Notes under the pieces: generated by a model | What the model was told of the DNA's origin: nothing | Seen by the model: only the letters and a program-made list of their open reading frames with translations | Databases searched by the model: none | Made by a program: the position numbers and the translations under genes | In this document: one piece after another, positions 1-13,115 of the stretch | How the letters are laid out: every line of letters starts with the position of its first letter | Position numbering within the stretch: position 1 is the stretch's first letter | From: Camelus dromedarius | Lineage: Eukaryota | Assembly (NCBI RefSeq): GCF_036321535.1 | Contig: NC_087438.1 | Span: forward strand, 3,226,001-3,290,000 | Length of the DNA: 64,000 nt | Direction of reading: 5' to 3'

Positions 1-23
1 GTGCACAGCATAGTGATTCGTTT

Positions 24-61
<38 letters not shown>

Positions 62-399
62 CTTTTCATATTTTTTTCATTCTAGGCTATTACAAGGTAT
101 CAAATACTGTCCCCTGTGCTGTACAGTAGGACCTTGTTGTTTATCTATTTTATATTTGGTAGTTCGTATCTGCAAATCCCGAACTCCCACTTTATCCCTC
201 TATCCCTGTCTTTTCCCTGGTAACCATAAGTTTTTTTTCTACATCTGAGTTTGTTCCTGTTTTGTAAACAAATTCACTTGTACTATTTTTTTAGATTCCA
301 CATATACGAGACATCATATGGTATTTTTCTCTCTCTTTCTGACTAGCTTCACTTAGTATGACAGCCTCCAGGTCCATGCATGTTGCTGCAAGTGGCGTG
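1..399 (-). mobile_element. L1 LINE 3' UTR fragment (cetartiodactyl/camelid type), continues off the left window edge
   Basis: Typical antisense L1 3' UTR text: 'tcccctgtgctgtacagtaggaccttgttgtttatctatttt', 'ttagattccacatata', 'cttcacttagtatgaca...tccatgcatgttgctgca'. Clearly homologous to 44924-45236. Confidence 0.85.
28..59. repeat. (TA)n microsatellite inside the L1 3' UTR
   Basis: About 16 TA units read directly. Confidence 0.95.
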
Positions 400-1389
400 G
401 TTTTGAGGGGTGGTGCTTACCTTTGCTCACGGGGATCAAGCCTCCCTTGCATGTGGCTGTGGGAGGAGTGCTGGACAGCGCTCGAGGACTGTTCTAGGGA
501 AACACAGGACCACCAGTTTTCCTGCTTTGCCCCACGCAGCGAGGTCAGCACACTGGGGACACATCTACAGGAAGTTGTCCCCTCACCCTGGTTGCTGTTA
601 TCTTTAGAGTCAGTACATCAGCTTCCATCAGAAGAGCCTAGTCCTCAGGGTCTGACCACAGCACAGCACAGTCAAGGTGAGAAGGAGTCACACAGTGAGC
701 CATGTGACTGCGGGCAGTAAAGCTCCCCTGCTTCATTTCACTGATGCTCAGAATCAGGACACAGACTTGCCAAATGGAAAGAGACAGACAGAGGGAACAG
801 ACAGGCAGTGGGACGGACTTGGGAGCATGAGGGCCTCGAACCACCCAGCACATCCAAGAAATCACTTTGCTTCTCTAGTCTCTATTTCCCCATCCCTCAT
901 AGGGCTTACCCAGGAGAGTTAACAAGAGCCATTCAGCCAATTATTTAGCTAATTAGTCTCTCTGAGTTCTAACCCAGGGCTCCCCACTTCCCTCCCGCCG
1001 GTTAGAGCTCCCTAAGGGGTGCCTTCTCCTCAGTAAACAATCCACATGGCAAAGCGTCTCTTATCACTCACCTTGAGCCCCACTGGTGGCCCTGCCTCTT
1101 CCAAACCTGCAGCCCCCATTCTCTGGTTCCTCCTTCTGCCCTTTGTTCTGCAAGCCTGAAGTGCGCTCTGCGCAAGAGTCGTAACAGGTGAGGGCGGGAC
1201 GTTTGTGCCTTTTCTTTTTCTTATTAGTGTTTTCTTTTGAATAAGTAACATATGAATATTTTCAAACATCAAATGGCTCTAAAGAGGAGGCAGTTAAGGT
1301 GCAAACTCCTGCCGACCCATCACGGAACCCCCGGCACTTCCCCTACAGATGGATCCACCGTCTTCAGTCTCAAGTCCGAACATGTCTTT

Positions 1390-2110
1390 AAGGCAGATTC
1401 CTAGAAGTGGAATTCCTGGGTAAAAGGGCCAGTGAATTAAATTAGGAAACGCATGGACAAATCACCTTCCATAAATGATGGCAACTGATGCTTCAAATAA
1501 ACATGAAAGGACAGCTGCTTCCCCACATTCACCAAGAGAAGTTTTCGAATTTTAAGTCATTGCCAGTGTGACCATGTGAGAAAAGTTATTTGTTTTCATT
1601 TCATTTTCCATTCATTTTAATGAATAATTTGACTATTGTTTCACATATTTAAAAACATTCATGTTTCATTTTCTAAAACTCTTTATGTTCTTTGACACAT
1701 TTTTCTTTGTGTTGGTCTTTGTACTACTGATTTATGGAATTTTCTTTTATCTTGGCCCATTGGTATTAGTTATGAATATTTCCTCCATCTGTCTTTTGGG
1801 TTTTGACTTTATGTTTTTAAACTATGCATATTTTATTTAATACAGTGAAATCTATCACTTCTTATCTGCTATGGCTTCTGAGGTTTTTGTCATATTTAGA
1901 GGAGTATTTATTATTTTGAGGTGATATTTTTAAAATCTACCTATGTCTTCGTCCAGCATTCTTATGGTTTCGTATTTTTAAAAAATAAGTGTATTTTATA
2001 TATTTGGACTTTATATTGGCGAAGGGTATGAGGTCGGAATTCCATTTATTTTAAGTTTGTCTATGCAGAAAACACAACACAGCACTGACTGAATATTTAT
2101 ATTTTCTCCC
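1390..2110 (-). mobile_element. Old, degraded L1 (L1M/L1ME-like) fragment
   Basis: 'gattcctagaagtggaattcctgggtaaaaggg' resembles the antisense L1 3' region, followed by T-rich degenerate L1-like sequence. Confidence 0.55.
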
Positions 2111-2134
2111 ATTATCTTAATCAATTCTAACACA

Positions 2135-2235
2135 ATCCATTTTATAGATGAGAAAACTGAGGCATAGTATTTTGAAGCATCTTACTGAAGGTTGCATCAG
2201 AGTTAAATCTGAACCCACAGTTTGTCCAGAGTAGG
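2135..2235 (-). mobile_element. MIR SINE fragment
   Basis: MIR core 'atccattttatagatgagaaaactgaggca'. Confidence 0.75.
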
Positions 2236-2803
2236 CTTTTATCTTTATTTCTTCCTCCACACTGGTCCTTGACTTTATTTTTTTTCTTTCTCACTAATTA
2301 CATAGACTGTTAAACTTTTGTATGTATTTTCCATCTAGAGCTGATAGAGCTGTGCTGCTGTCTCTCAAAACCGTGGAATTTCGATCAGCTCCTTCATGTA
2401 CACACATTTTACTTTATGATTTCAATTGCATATTACACAGAACAAAGATTTCCAATCCTCTGAAATTGGAATAGAATATATAATTAGCTAATAATGATCA
2501 GTTTGGCACACTTAGTACTGTTGGTTTAAATCTGACTTTAGCATTAATAATGAAAAGCTTTATCATATTAACAGTATCTTGCTAACTGCAACTCTTCTCT
2601 CACATGGTTGTAGTCGTACTTCTGGGAGATTCATTTCTGTTTGACTCTGTCTGTGCTCCTAACTTTATTGTTTTCTGTGTATGAATCTATAACATGTAGA
2701 CAGAACAGATACTAAGTCAGTTTGCATAAGAAATAGTTTTTACAATTTATTTTATTTTGAATCCACTCTTACAAGTTTCCAAGGATGAGGGGCACTTACA
2801 TAT

Positions 2804-3171
2804 TATTACGGATTGAATGTTTTTGGCCCCTCAAAACGTGTGTGTTGAAGCCCCAGCCCCCAATGTGACGGTGCAAGGAAGCTGGGCCTTTGGAAGGCGA
2901 CGAGGTTCAGATGAGGTCATGCAGGTGAGGAAGGGGTTACTGTCCTCACAAGGGGAGGACAGAGCTCTCTCTCCGGCCAACCTCGAAGAAGAGAGTTTGG
3001 GAGGCACAGCGACATGGTGGCCATCTGCAAGCCAGAAGAGAGCCCTCACCAGACACCAAATCCATCAGCGTCTTGATCCTGGACTTCCCAGCCTCCAGAA
3101 CTGGGGGAAATAAATGTCTTATTTAAGCTCCCAGTCTATGGTGTTTTCCTCTAGCTCCCCCAGCTAAGACA
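2804..3171 (+). mobile_element. MaLR solo LTR (MLT1A-like)
   Basis: Start 'tattacggattgaatgtttttggcccctcaaaacgtgtgtgttgaagcc', internal 'ggacttcccagcctccagaactg...aataaatg', end 'agctaagaca'. Confidence 0.85.
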
Positions 3172-3559
3172 CGTAAAATATTTATTATGTTTTAAAACGT
3201 GGGGCAAATCACATTTTTGAGAATTCTAACATATCCACTAGGCCATTAGAAAAAAATCTGAAGTTTGGGGAACACATTTTTTTGTCCTTTTTTGAGGTTC
3301 GGAGAGTGAGAAAGACTCATTTCCATATGAAACATAAATAACAGATGTCCTACGGCCTACACTCTGAAACCAAGACCTGAAATTTTGAGCTTCTGACGTA
3401 TTTTTATAGCCTGAAACATTATTTTTTAAAAATTAAAATTTTACACATATCTGCAATTTGAAGGAATAAAAATCCAACCTTCAGTGGAATACAATCAGTT
3501 TTGAAAGAACATTGGCTACTCATGTGGTTCTGCATGGTCTCCAGACAGCTGTGTATCTC

Positions 3560-3988
3560 AAAATTTAAGTCAATGGAATCAAACAAGGTAGTCTAATCAT
3601 AATGGAATTAAATTTGAAATAAATTGCAGAATAATGAAAATTAAATAAATCACACTTTTTTATATCCCCTGGATCAAAGAACCAACCAGAAGTGAAATTA
3701 ATAAATATTTTAAATTGAATAGCAATGCAAAAAAGAAAAAAAAAAGAAGTGTCACATATCAAAGTATGTGGCATGCTGAAAGGAAACTTTATAGTGTTAA
3801 AATTATATTAAAAATAAGAAATATTTCAAATCAATAATGTACACATCTACCTTAGAAAGTAGAAAAAAGGGCAAATTCAATTGAAAACAAATTCAAGTAA
3901 CAGAAAAATAAAGATGAATATAAGAATCAACAAAATTGATAAAAGAAAAACAATGGAGAAAAAATCAATGAAACTAAAAGCTGTTCTT
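3560..3988 (+). mobile_element. L1 ORF2 fragment (region just after the endonuclease domain), degraded
   Basis: A-rich; 'aatcataatggaattaaatttgaaataaat', 'aaaatcaatgaaactaaaagctgttctt' match L1 ORF2 consensus motifs. Confidence 0.75.
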
Positions 3989-6900
3989 CAGTGAAACAGA
4001 AAGGGATTTGAGTTCCAGGAACTGGCATAGAGGAAGGTCTTTTCTGTGGACCAGGAAGAAGGAAGTTGGCAGTGGTTGTTCTGTGACCATCAGATCGGCT
4101 GTGATGAAGGGGTTCCCAGGAATTCTGCAGTTCAGCCTGTGTGGGTTGTGGAGATAAGAGCTGTGTCTGTTTTTGAAATTTTGCTTAAATGTTTCACTTT
4201 AAAACCAGATTCTCTAAGTATTGGCAGGTCCTGATTCTGTTAGGTTCTGAACTCAAATCAAGTGAAACCAAGTCAGTGGTGAAACTTCTGAATTCCTACC
4301 AGACAGGAAAGTTTTACCGCAAGAGCACCATCCGCAGAAGGCAGCAACACACGCGCAGAAAGCAATCCATTACTGTGTACCAAACGCACTCAGAACGGTT
4401 CAGGTCTTTTGAAGCCATAAGCCTTCCTTCTTCTGCTTACTGCTCTCAGAAATAGTGAGAAGCTAAGCCGAGTTGAGCATGATGATGCTTATGGAAGCAT
4501 CATTCACACTCGGGCGGAGTTCACACCCTTTACAGTTGACAATCACCGTAAGTGACAACTGACTATTATGCCGGACGCATGCAATTAAAGGAATCTAATA
4601 AAATGAAAAAAATCAGTTACAATTTTAAGGGGAAAATAATGAAAGGAAATTACACATAATACAATCTCAAGATATATAAAAATTTGCGTAGGAAAAAGAT
4701 CTCTCAAAATGTTCAGTTGATGAGCCAGCATGTAGTAGATTTAAGGCTGTTTTTAACTTGTCTTCGACCTTCCTTTGCTTTGAATCACTTCTATATTTAC
4801 ACAATGAGTTTATTTTAAAATTCAATCCCACCAAAGTCAATTAGGAAACCGCATGAAAAAAGTTACCTGCTCCCCAACCATTTATTTGTTCTTTACTAGT
4901 TGTTGAACGTTAATTTGTAGATTTACTACCCGAAGAGTACTTTTCCACTATTAGAATCTACATAAAATGAGTAAATTAAAACTAAAAGAGCTAAAAACCT
5001 GGTCCCTGTACCCCACCCTCTCTCATGCGCAATCTCCTGTTTTCTCTTGCATAAGTAGTATTTCAGAAAATGTGATCTATGCACATGGATAAAGGCTTTT
5101 CTCGGTGCAGTTTATAAAGTAGTTTCAGGAACATGAGAATAGGCTCAAAATTCAGGTGGGACACTTGCCACATTTGTAAAACAGAGATGCTCTTTAAAGC
5201 CACGGGTCTAAATCTTTCCCTACAAAATCTACAGTCTTAGAATGTAAAACCTTGTGTGAAGTGTTCTCCCATGAGCTGTGGCCTGAAAATCCTGGTGTCA
5301 ACAGCAATCCACACTGAAGTCCCCTAATATTAGATAAAGCATGGACATTACCCTACTCCCTCACTTGAAGAAGATTGGCTCATTTTTCAAGTGTTTTGTA
5401 AATTATAAGGGTCCCATCAAAGAGGTGGCCTTTTAAATTCTTCACCTGCCAGAATCTCTCTCTTTATAAACTGCTTTGGAAAGCAAGTGTCACTTACCCT
5501 CACATTTCCCCACTAGAACATCCCTGGATGTGAACTGCAAATTATTATTAGCAGGTTTGGTGTTGTAAGCAGAAAGAAAGATATTTATAAATCTTTCTTT
5601 AAAATAAAGTTTTAATAGAAGATAAAAGAACAAAGAGAAAAACAAAGTGATGGGCGTGTTGCCTACAGTTCCACATGCAAATAAAATGAGAGAACCTACC
5701 GGTGAAGAAAAATTTCTCAGCGGGGTCAAACCCATGCAAGACTCTCATTACCGTGAGATCAGCCTGTCCTCCAACGAGCCAGCTTAGATCAACTTCCCAT
5801 AGTTTATGTGCTTTATAAACTGAGCAAGACAAATAGTGTGTTAAGGCTTTATGGACTTGTTATGACAGCTAATTTCGTATCGCCTGACATAGTATCTGAG
5901 CAAACGTACAGATGTTCATTCATTTTCACTCCACTCTAGATACTGTAAATTGAGCACCTCTGGAAGTCCAGTCATAATAGCTGAAAAACACCCCTGCTGC
6001 CCACAAGAATGGAAGTTGTAAGTCACTGGGCTCCGATATGGAAAGTTAGCTGAGGACTCAGGGACCCATGCATCTTTTTAATGACTTTGTGGCAGAAATC
6101 TAGTGTGGGTTCACTGTGACAGTCTAGCGGGGGACTCAGAGGACATCTAATGAATTAGCCACAACTTTAATTTAAATGGCATCACACCTGATAAATGTGG
6201 GACCCTTACACGCCTGTGAGTTTATCACCTTCTCCGTGAAACCACCACTGCGACCCAAGCCTTGTCTTTGATGTCTCCTTTACTGTGATTTGTTCCTAAT
6301 TGTAAAAGGATCAAAACCTGTTACTGAACACAGTTGCGTGCAGTCCTTCCAAAAAGCGGTACCCTCGCTCATAACCCTAGCATTCCTCCCAGAAGCCAGC
6401 TAGCTCATCATTCCAAACATATCACTGGAAAAATGTGTTTCTCCCCAAAATGTGTCAAATTTATTTGATTTTTATTCCCAGGATATTTGTGAGACCTCGT
6501 CTATGGCTTGAGACAGATTAAAACATAAAACCTCAAGATAAAAATAAGCCTTTTAAATCTTGTGGATTCATTAAAGGGACTGTGGAGTTATCTCGTAGCC
6601 TGCACACCAAAAATTCCATGTAGCTGTTTTTATATTATTATAAGCTATATCTGCTTATAATTCCCCATACATCATTACATGATATTTGGTCATCTTGAGG
6701 TACATTTTGGATATCCCTGAAAATAAGGAATTTTTAAGAAGGTTAATTATAGAACTGATCACATCATGTATCTGTAATCACGTGAATATGTCTTTGCTTT
6801 GAGTGTAAAAGTTAAAATATTTAAACCACATTAAAGAGTAAAAAGACAAACCAGTCTTCTTCTAGTCATTCACCAGCAAGTCTCATCAAGGTCTCTTATA

Positions 6901-7577
6901 AGGTTTTCCATCTTTTTGTGATGGTTGCTACCACCAGAAAGACCTTGTAACAAAACTGTTGTCTAAGGTCACCTACAGTGAGTTGTTCTATAGTTTATTC
7001 AATTAATATTTAAAAATTCTTGTTTTGTTACAAAACACCTGTGGTGAAATATTAATCATAGAAAGAGTAGTTTGCTTGTTCTCCTCAAATAGTATGTTTT
7101 GTACATTTTCATGTTCAACATTTTTGTGAAGATTACAACCTGAAAGCTGTCCATCTCTCTGGGTAATTTTCTCACTAGCCAAGAAAGAACAGAGTGCCAA
7201 AAAAGGTCATGTTAATGACAAAGAAATTCAGGTTTTATTTGCTACCAGCTGGGCTTGTGAAGCAGTGGGTAATGTGTCTTACTGCTGAATAAAAATGCTT
7301 TCAGATGAATTATTTCAGATACAATTCCACATTAGCTGTGTTAGTTTGAATCTGAAGCGTTTTCATTGCCATAAATATGTTACTTGGAAATGACTTCAGT
7401 GAGTGAACTTCAGGAAGCGACCTAGGTGATAAGCATCTTCCTTCAGACGTCCCTTGAGACTGTCAGCTGCTCAGCATTTGGTGTTTGTGTTGGGGTGTCT
7501 GTCTCTTTTTGCTTTGGTTTTACCCGAGAGGTAAGCCTGAATGTGGAAAGCAGTTATTGAGGTAAAAGTGATGCTTT

Positions 7578-7598
7578 GTTGTTGTTGTTGTTGTTGTT
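7578..7598. repeat. (GTT)7 microsatellite
   Basis: Read directly. Confidence 0.9.
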
Positions 7599-7896
7599 AT
7601 TCTTTTAATGATGAGTATTTAAATACAGAAACCAATAAACAAAAGTTTGAGATTGTAAATGGTACCTAATATGTGAGATGTTGTGGGTATAATGTGAGTA
7701 AAATAAGTTCCTTGTCATTACAATGCTTCTTTTTACTAGAAAGACAGGCGATTATAATAAACTAGATATATATTATAATGTCAGCCATGAAGACAAAGAA
7801 AAGTAAGATAATATAAAGTGAGGAAAGGAGAATTTTTATGACTGTCAGTAGGACATATATGTGCAAAAATGAAACAAAAAGTAGAAAATGATTTTT

Positions 7897-7977
7897 TTGG
7901 TGTGTGTTAAGTAAGACTTTTATTTTTTATTTTTATTATTTAACTTTTTTATTGATTTATAATCATTTTACAATGTT
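7897..7977 (-). mobile_element. Extremely 5'-truncated L1 insertion with 16-bp TSD
   Basis: Identical flanks gtagaaaatgattttt at 7881-7896 and 7978-7993. The insert read on the minus strand is 'aacattgtaaaatgattataaatcaataaaaa...', similar to the L1 terminus at ~33238-33268. Confidence 0.8.
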
Positions 7978-8403
7978 GTAGAAAATGATTTTTAAATATG
8001 AGAAATCATCTGAAGCACTAAGATGTAATAGATAATATTTAAGTGTCCAGTATCAAAGATTCTTTTTCCACCTAATTTTGTGCCATTCTAGCAGATAATC
8101 AGGTGACATTTTGTCTCTCAAAGTGTCTCCATTTCTAGGTTGACCTAAATTTGCTGACACATCCTCCTTGTGGGCGAGACTATGAAAACAGGGTATACGC
8201 ATCTATATGAAAGTTCACACATATCTCAGTTTATTTTCTTCCTTTGCATTCTTTTCCTTATTTTATTGAGGGAATATTTTCATAGAGAAATTTGGGGAAA
8301 ATGATACATTTATGGCAAGAGTCACTGAAGATATTGAAGTAGGGTTTTTTTTTTTTAGGGGAGAAAAGACATTAGAAGACATAGTTCCAAGAATTGTTGA
8401 CTA

Positions 8404-8568
8404 ATGATGATGGTGATGATGATGGTGGTAGTGATGGTGATGGTGGTGATGATGAAGATGTTTATGATAGTGATGATAATGATGGTGATGATGGTGATGA
8501 TGGTGGTGATGATGATGGCAGTGGTGATGATGATGGCGGTGATGATGATGATGGTGATGATAATGATT
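8404..8568. repeat. Imperfect (GAT/GGT)n trinucleotide repeat
   Basis: Read directly; it explains the poly-D/G, poly-M/V and poly-I/T ORFs. Confidence 0.95.
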
Positions 8569-8654
8569 ACAAAGCCAACCATATGACTTTCAACAGCACT
8601 GAAATAATTCAATAGAAAAATAGGATATTATGCAACATCAAAACACTGGAGTAG

Positions 8655-8830
8655 CATTAGCCTTGGAGTCAAGGGCTTGAGCTCTAGTACATTCTCTCCA
8701 TTCTTTAGCTGAGTGACCCTGGTGGCCTCACTCAAATTGTCTGAGAATTTCATTTGCCCTGTGTGGGCAAATAGATAACATAAAGGCCACATTTGTGTCT
8801 CCTACAGATCAGTGGCAGATTTTATGATTC
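8655..8830 (+). mobile_element. MIR SINE fragment
   Basis: 'gccttggagtcaagggcttgagctcta...tagctgagtgaccctgg...tcactcaaattgtctgag' follows the MIR 5'/core pattern. Confidence 0.6.
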
Positions 8831-10013
8831 ATGCATATCAACACACTTTGTGGAGCCCAAATTCCAATCCAGAAAACAAGGTAGATACATCCAAGTGATT
8901 GGAAAGAGCCATAAAGATAAAAGCATAAAGATTAAAAAATGTAGCAAACTTTCGGGGGGATTAATAGTAGATGAGGACAGTGAAATGTGAAATAGAAAGT
9001 ATCAGATCCAAATCTTTTTTAAAGATTCTAAACAGTCCTTAGATGATAATCACATAAACTACTGTTAACTTCTCTCATAAACTTAGTGCCTAGAAGAAGG
9101 AATACTGTATGTGCAATAGTTCCAGGAAATATTTACTTTCAAATATGAAAATACATATTTTACTGAATCATGACTACATTTCTTTGCTGTTTAGAAGCAC
9201 CCTTTGGAAAGATTGATATTAATTTTATTTATAATTAATCCATAATTGATTCCATTCAAATATTAGATTATTAGAAACTTTTAATTCTGATTATGAGAAC
9301 TCTTTCCCATACTATAGCTCCTGACCACCTTTAAGTATATTCATATTTCTCTATTGTCATATTTAATAATAATCTTTTTTGTCCTGTAACCATAATTTCC
9401 ATTATGTTCTCCCTTAAGTCTTATGTTTAATTGATTTACCTATTTGATCCAATTTTTCCATTCTTTTATTTGCAGGTGGAAATTAGTTGTCTTTTATTTA
9501 AAAGGGCTCATGAAAACTATATCCCTTGAGTTCTTATATGCTAAAAAATATTGCTCTGTTTTCTACGTATTTGAATATCCACTTGGCTGCATGTATGACT
9601 TTTAAATCACATACTTCTTCCTGAGGAATTACTTGGTATCACACGCTGTGTTCTTCAACCAAAACCTACTGTCAAGAAGCAGGAAATCAGACTTAATGCC
9701 CCCTATTGGTGGAATTGGTGATTTGGTTCGTTTTCTTATTGTCCAAACATTTATTTGGCCTTTGTTTTTCCAGTCTGCACCTTTCCCTGGGTACCCTCTC
9801 CATAGTGATTAATCAAGACCGTATCAGCCTTGCGATCCATGAGCACACAACTCATTTTAGGAAGCTGTTCTTGAAATGTATCTTGGGAGTTTCTTTTCTT
9901 TTTTTTTCCTGCTGGTTTTCTCTATCAAGAGCATCAGTTGTACATTTGTCATATTTACTTTGACTTTCCCGTACAGCATTTCCTCTCTAGCCTTTTAAAA
10001 ATACCTACTCTCA

Positions 10014-10144
10014 GGGGAGGGTATAGCTCAGTGGTAGAGCACATGCCTAGCATGCACAAGGTCCTGTGTTCAATCCCCAGCACCTCCATTAAAATAAGTA
10101 TACAAATAAGTAAACTTAATTACTCACCCCCCCCAAAAAAAAAA
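10014..10144 (+). mobile_element. Camelid tRNA-derived SINE (Vic-1 type), full length
   Basis: 'ggggagggtatagctcagtggtagagcacatgcctagcatgcacaaggtcctgtgttcaatccccagcacctcc' has Pol III A and B boxes, then an AT-rich segment, C-run and A tail. Imperfect TSD ending 'tactctca' on both sides. Confidence 0.9.
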
Positions 10145-11199
10145 TACTCTCATTTTTTTCATTTGCTTTTCTGAAGATGCTTTTCCATGTCCTAACTTAA
10201 TTCCACCAGCGTCTGTTCTCCTCTGGCAGGCCTCCAGGTTGTGCTTTCTTTCTAAAGTTGGTTCACTTACTGCTTGCTTTTTTTCCCTGGACTTTGAAAG
10301 ACCAATTATTGAGTTGCTTTTTCCTTCATCATTTCTTTCCTGAGTCCTAGTGTCTTTGCTTTGAGTGTTTATCTGATAGAAGCAAGATATTTATAAAAAT
10401 CCTTTGTTTCCTGTGGAAATCATAAGCAATAATATTTTTACATATTTTGGCAAAAATTTTTCTTCTTCCACACCTTTTGTTATCTTTGTCCATGCATTCC
10501 CTCCTTTGCTCGGTGTTTGGAAGAGCTGTTTCACTTTTCCTTTATTTTTTGATATTAGAATAAAGTGAACTCTTAATGTTGGCAAGCTGAATGTTCAGAT
10601 AGGAATGGCTCCTTGCAGATGCTGGAGAGAAGGCTCTTCTACTTCCTGAGAGGTTCTAAGAGTCACTTGGGGTCAATGATTCAGTATCTCCTTTTCATGT
10701 GACAAAGATCAGCCACTGGAGGGCTGTTGCCCACTCTCAGGATCTGCTCATCCCTGCTTCATGGTTTCCAAAAGTCCAAGTCAGTGTAGCCACCTGCTCT
10801 GCCTCTTCACCATTGCAGGCGACAGGGAGGCTCCCACAGTCCCAGTCATTGCAAACCAGCAGACACTGGATCTGCCTCTCAGAACACACCTCCGACTTCA
10901 GAGATGACCCTGTGGGAGATGTGATGAGGCTACCACAGCAGGGCGCCCTCCCAGGGCCCTCCTCATGCTGGACCCATTCCTCTGCACTTACTAGCCCATG
11001 TGTACCTACGTTACAGGATTCCAGATAACTCCTTGTTTGGTAGAAGACTGAGTTCTCACTTTGCTTCTTGTTTTCCTTGTTATGAATTCAATGGGTTCAT
11101 GAAGAAGAAGCTGAAGTAGATATTTTTAATTCTAATATCTGATACTAAAAATTCTACAATTCCTTCTTAAGGCTCTTTGCTGTATTTGTCTTTTAATCT

Positions 11200-13115
11200 T
11201 TTATTTAAAAATAAATTATGGACTCACAGGAAATTTCAAAAATAGTATGTAGCTTTCCTTGAATCTTTAACCAATTTTTCCCCAATTGTGCCATCATATA
11301 AATATAGTATAATATCACAACCAGGAAATTGGCATTAATATAATGTAGTTATCTAGACTACGGACCAGTTTTTATGTGCACTCACTTGTGCATGTGTGCA
11401 CACGTGTGTACGTGTGTGCACAGTGTGTACCCACGTGTGTGCTTGCATGTACACATGTGTGTATGTAGGTGTATGCACATGTGTGTAGTTTTAGGTAATC
11501 TGACCCCGTGTGTATCAGTCCCCACTACCAGTGTACAGCACTATTCCATCAATTCTCAGGAACCCTTCATGCTACCCCTTTAAAGTTCCATCCCTGTTCC
11601 TGGAAAAAAATCCATGTGTTGTCAATCTCTGTATTTCTGTCATTTTAACAAGGTTACATAAGAAGACTCCTGCAGTATGTAATTCTTTTGAGACCTACTT
11701 TGTCACTCAGCATAGTCCCCTGGGTGTTCATCTGGGCTGTTATGTGTATCGATACCTGCGCCTTCCTATTTCTGAGGAGTATTCAACAGTATGGACACAG
11801 CGCACTTGGTTTAACCTTTACCCACTGGAAAACAACTGGTTTGTGCCCAGGTTTGGCTATTACGAACAAAGCTACTATGAACACTCATGTACAGATTTCT
11901 GTGTGAACATACGTTTCATTTCCAGAACCAACACCCAAAAATGCATTTGCTGGATCCTACAGTAAGAATAGACCTACTCTTTATAAAACAATTGCCAAAC
12001 TGTTTCCCAGGGTGGCTGTACCATCTTCCAATCCCACAAGCAATGTGTGAGTGACCTGGGATCTCTGCTTCCTTACCAGTATTTGGGATTTTAGCTCTTC
12101 CGGTTGGTGAGTGGTGCTGCACCATTGTGTTTCAATCTGCATTTCCTTAGGATGACCGTCTTTCCATACACATACTTGCCATCCATATCTCCCCATTAGT
12201 AAAATGTCTGTTCATATCTGTTGCAAATTTTCTAATTGTTTTTGTTATTGCTGAGTTTGCAAGTGCTTAATATATTCTAAATGTAAGTCCTTTGTCACAT
12301 GTGCTGTTTGCAAGCATTTTCTCCAAACCTGGAGCCTCTCATTTCATTCTCTTATGCAGAGCAAAGCTTTTTAATTTGAATAAAATCCAATTTGTCAATT
12401 ATTCTTTTATGGATCATGCTTTGGGTTTCACGTCGAAGAGTTCTCCCAGCCTTGGGTCTCAAAGATTTTCTCTGATTTTCTTCTAAAAGTTGTATAGTTT
12501 TACATTTTACATCTAAATCTGTGATCTGTTTTGAATTAATTTTGTATAAGCTGTGAGATTTTGGTGAAAGCTCCCTTTTACTTTATCATTTTATTTTATT
12601 AACTTATATTTTGCTTATACATAGGCGTCCAGCTGTTCTAGAGCCATCTGTCCAAAAGACTGTCCTTCCTCTATTCAGTTGCTTTTGCATCTCTGCAAAA
12701 ACCACCTGGGCACGTTTGTGTGGGTTATTTCTAGGTTTTCTGCTCTGTCCCACTGTGCTGTGTCAATCCCTCCAGCAACACCATAGAGTCTTGATTACTT
12801 AAGATTGGGTAGAATGATCCCTCTCACTTTTCTTTTTCCAAAATTATCTTAGCTGTTCTAAATCCTTTACCTTTCAAACAAACTTTAGAAAAAGCTTGTC
12901 TACAAAAAACTTTGCAGGATTTTGATTTATTGCATTAAAACTATAGATAAATTTGGAAAAAAATTAACATCTTATAATAAGTTGAGTTTTCCAATTCATG
13001 AACACTGTATGTTTCTCTGGTTATTTAGATTTTGACTTCACTCATCAGTGTTTTGTAATTGTCAGCATCAGACACTTAACGTGTTTTGTTGGATTCATGC
13101 TTAAGTATTTCATTT
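11200..13115 (-). mobile_element. Old L1 (L1MC-like) 3' UTR plus ORF2 3' part
   Basis: Antisense L1 motifs: 'aatatcacaaccaggaaattggcatt', 'ccaggtttggctattacgaacaaagctactatgaacact', 'aattgccaaactgtttcccagggtggctgtacc', 'ttccaattcatgaacac'. TG-rich insert at ~11374-11485. Confidence 0.85.

Noticed and set aside
8355..8615. Poly-Asp/Gly, poly-Met/Val and poly-Ile/Thr ORFs
   Set aside because: Translations of the (GAT/GGT)n simple repeat.
10014..10087. tRNA-like gene
   Set aside because: It is followed by a SINE tail and TSD-like flanks, so it is a tRNA-derived SINE head, not a tRNA gene.
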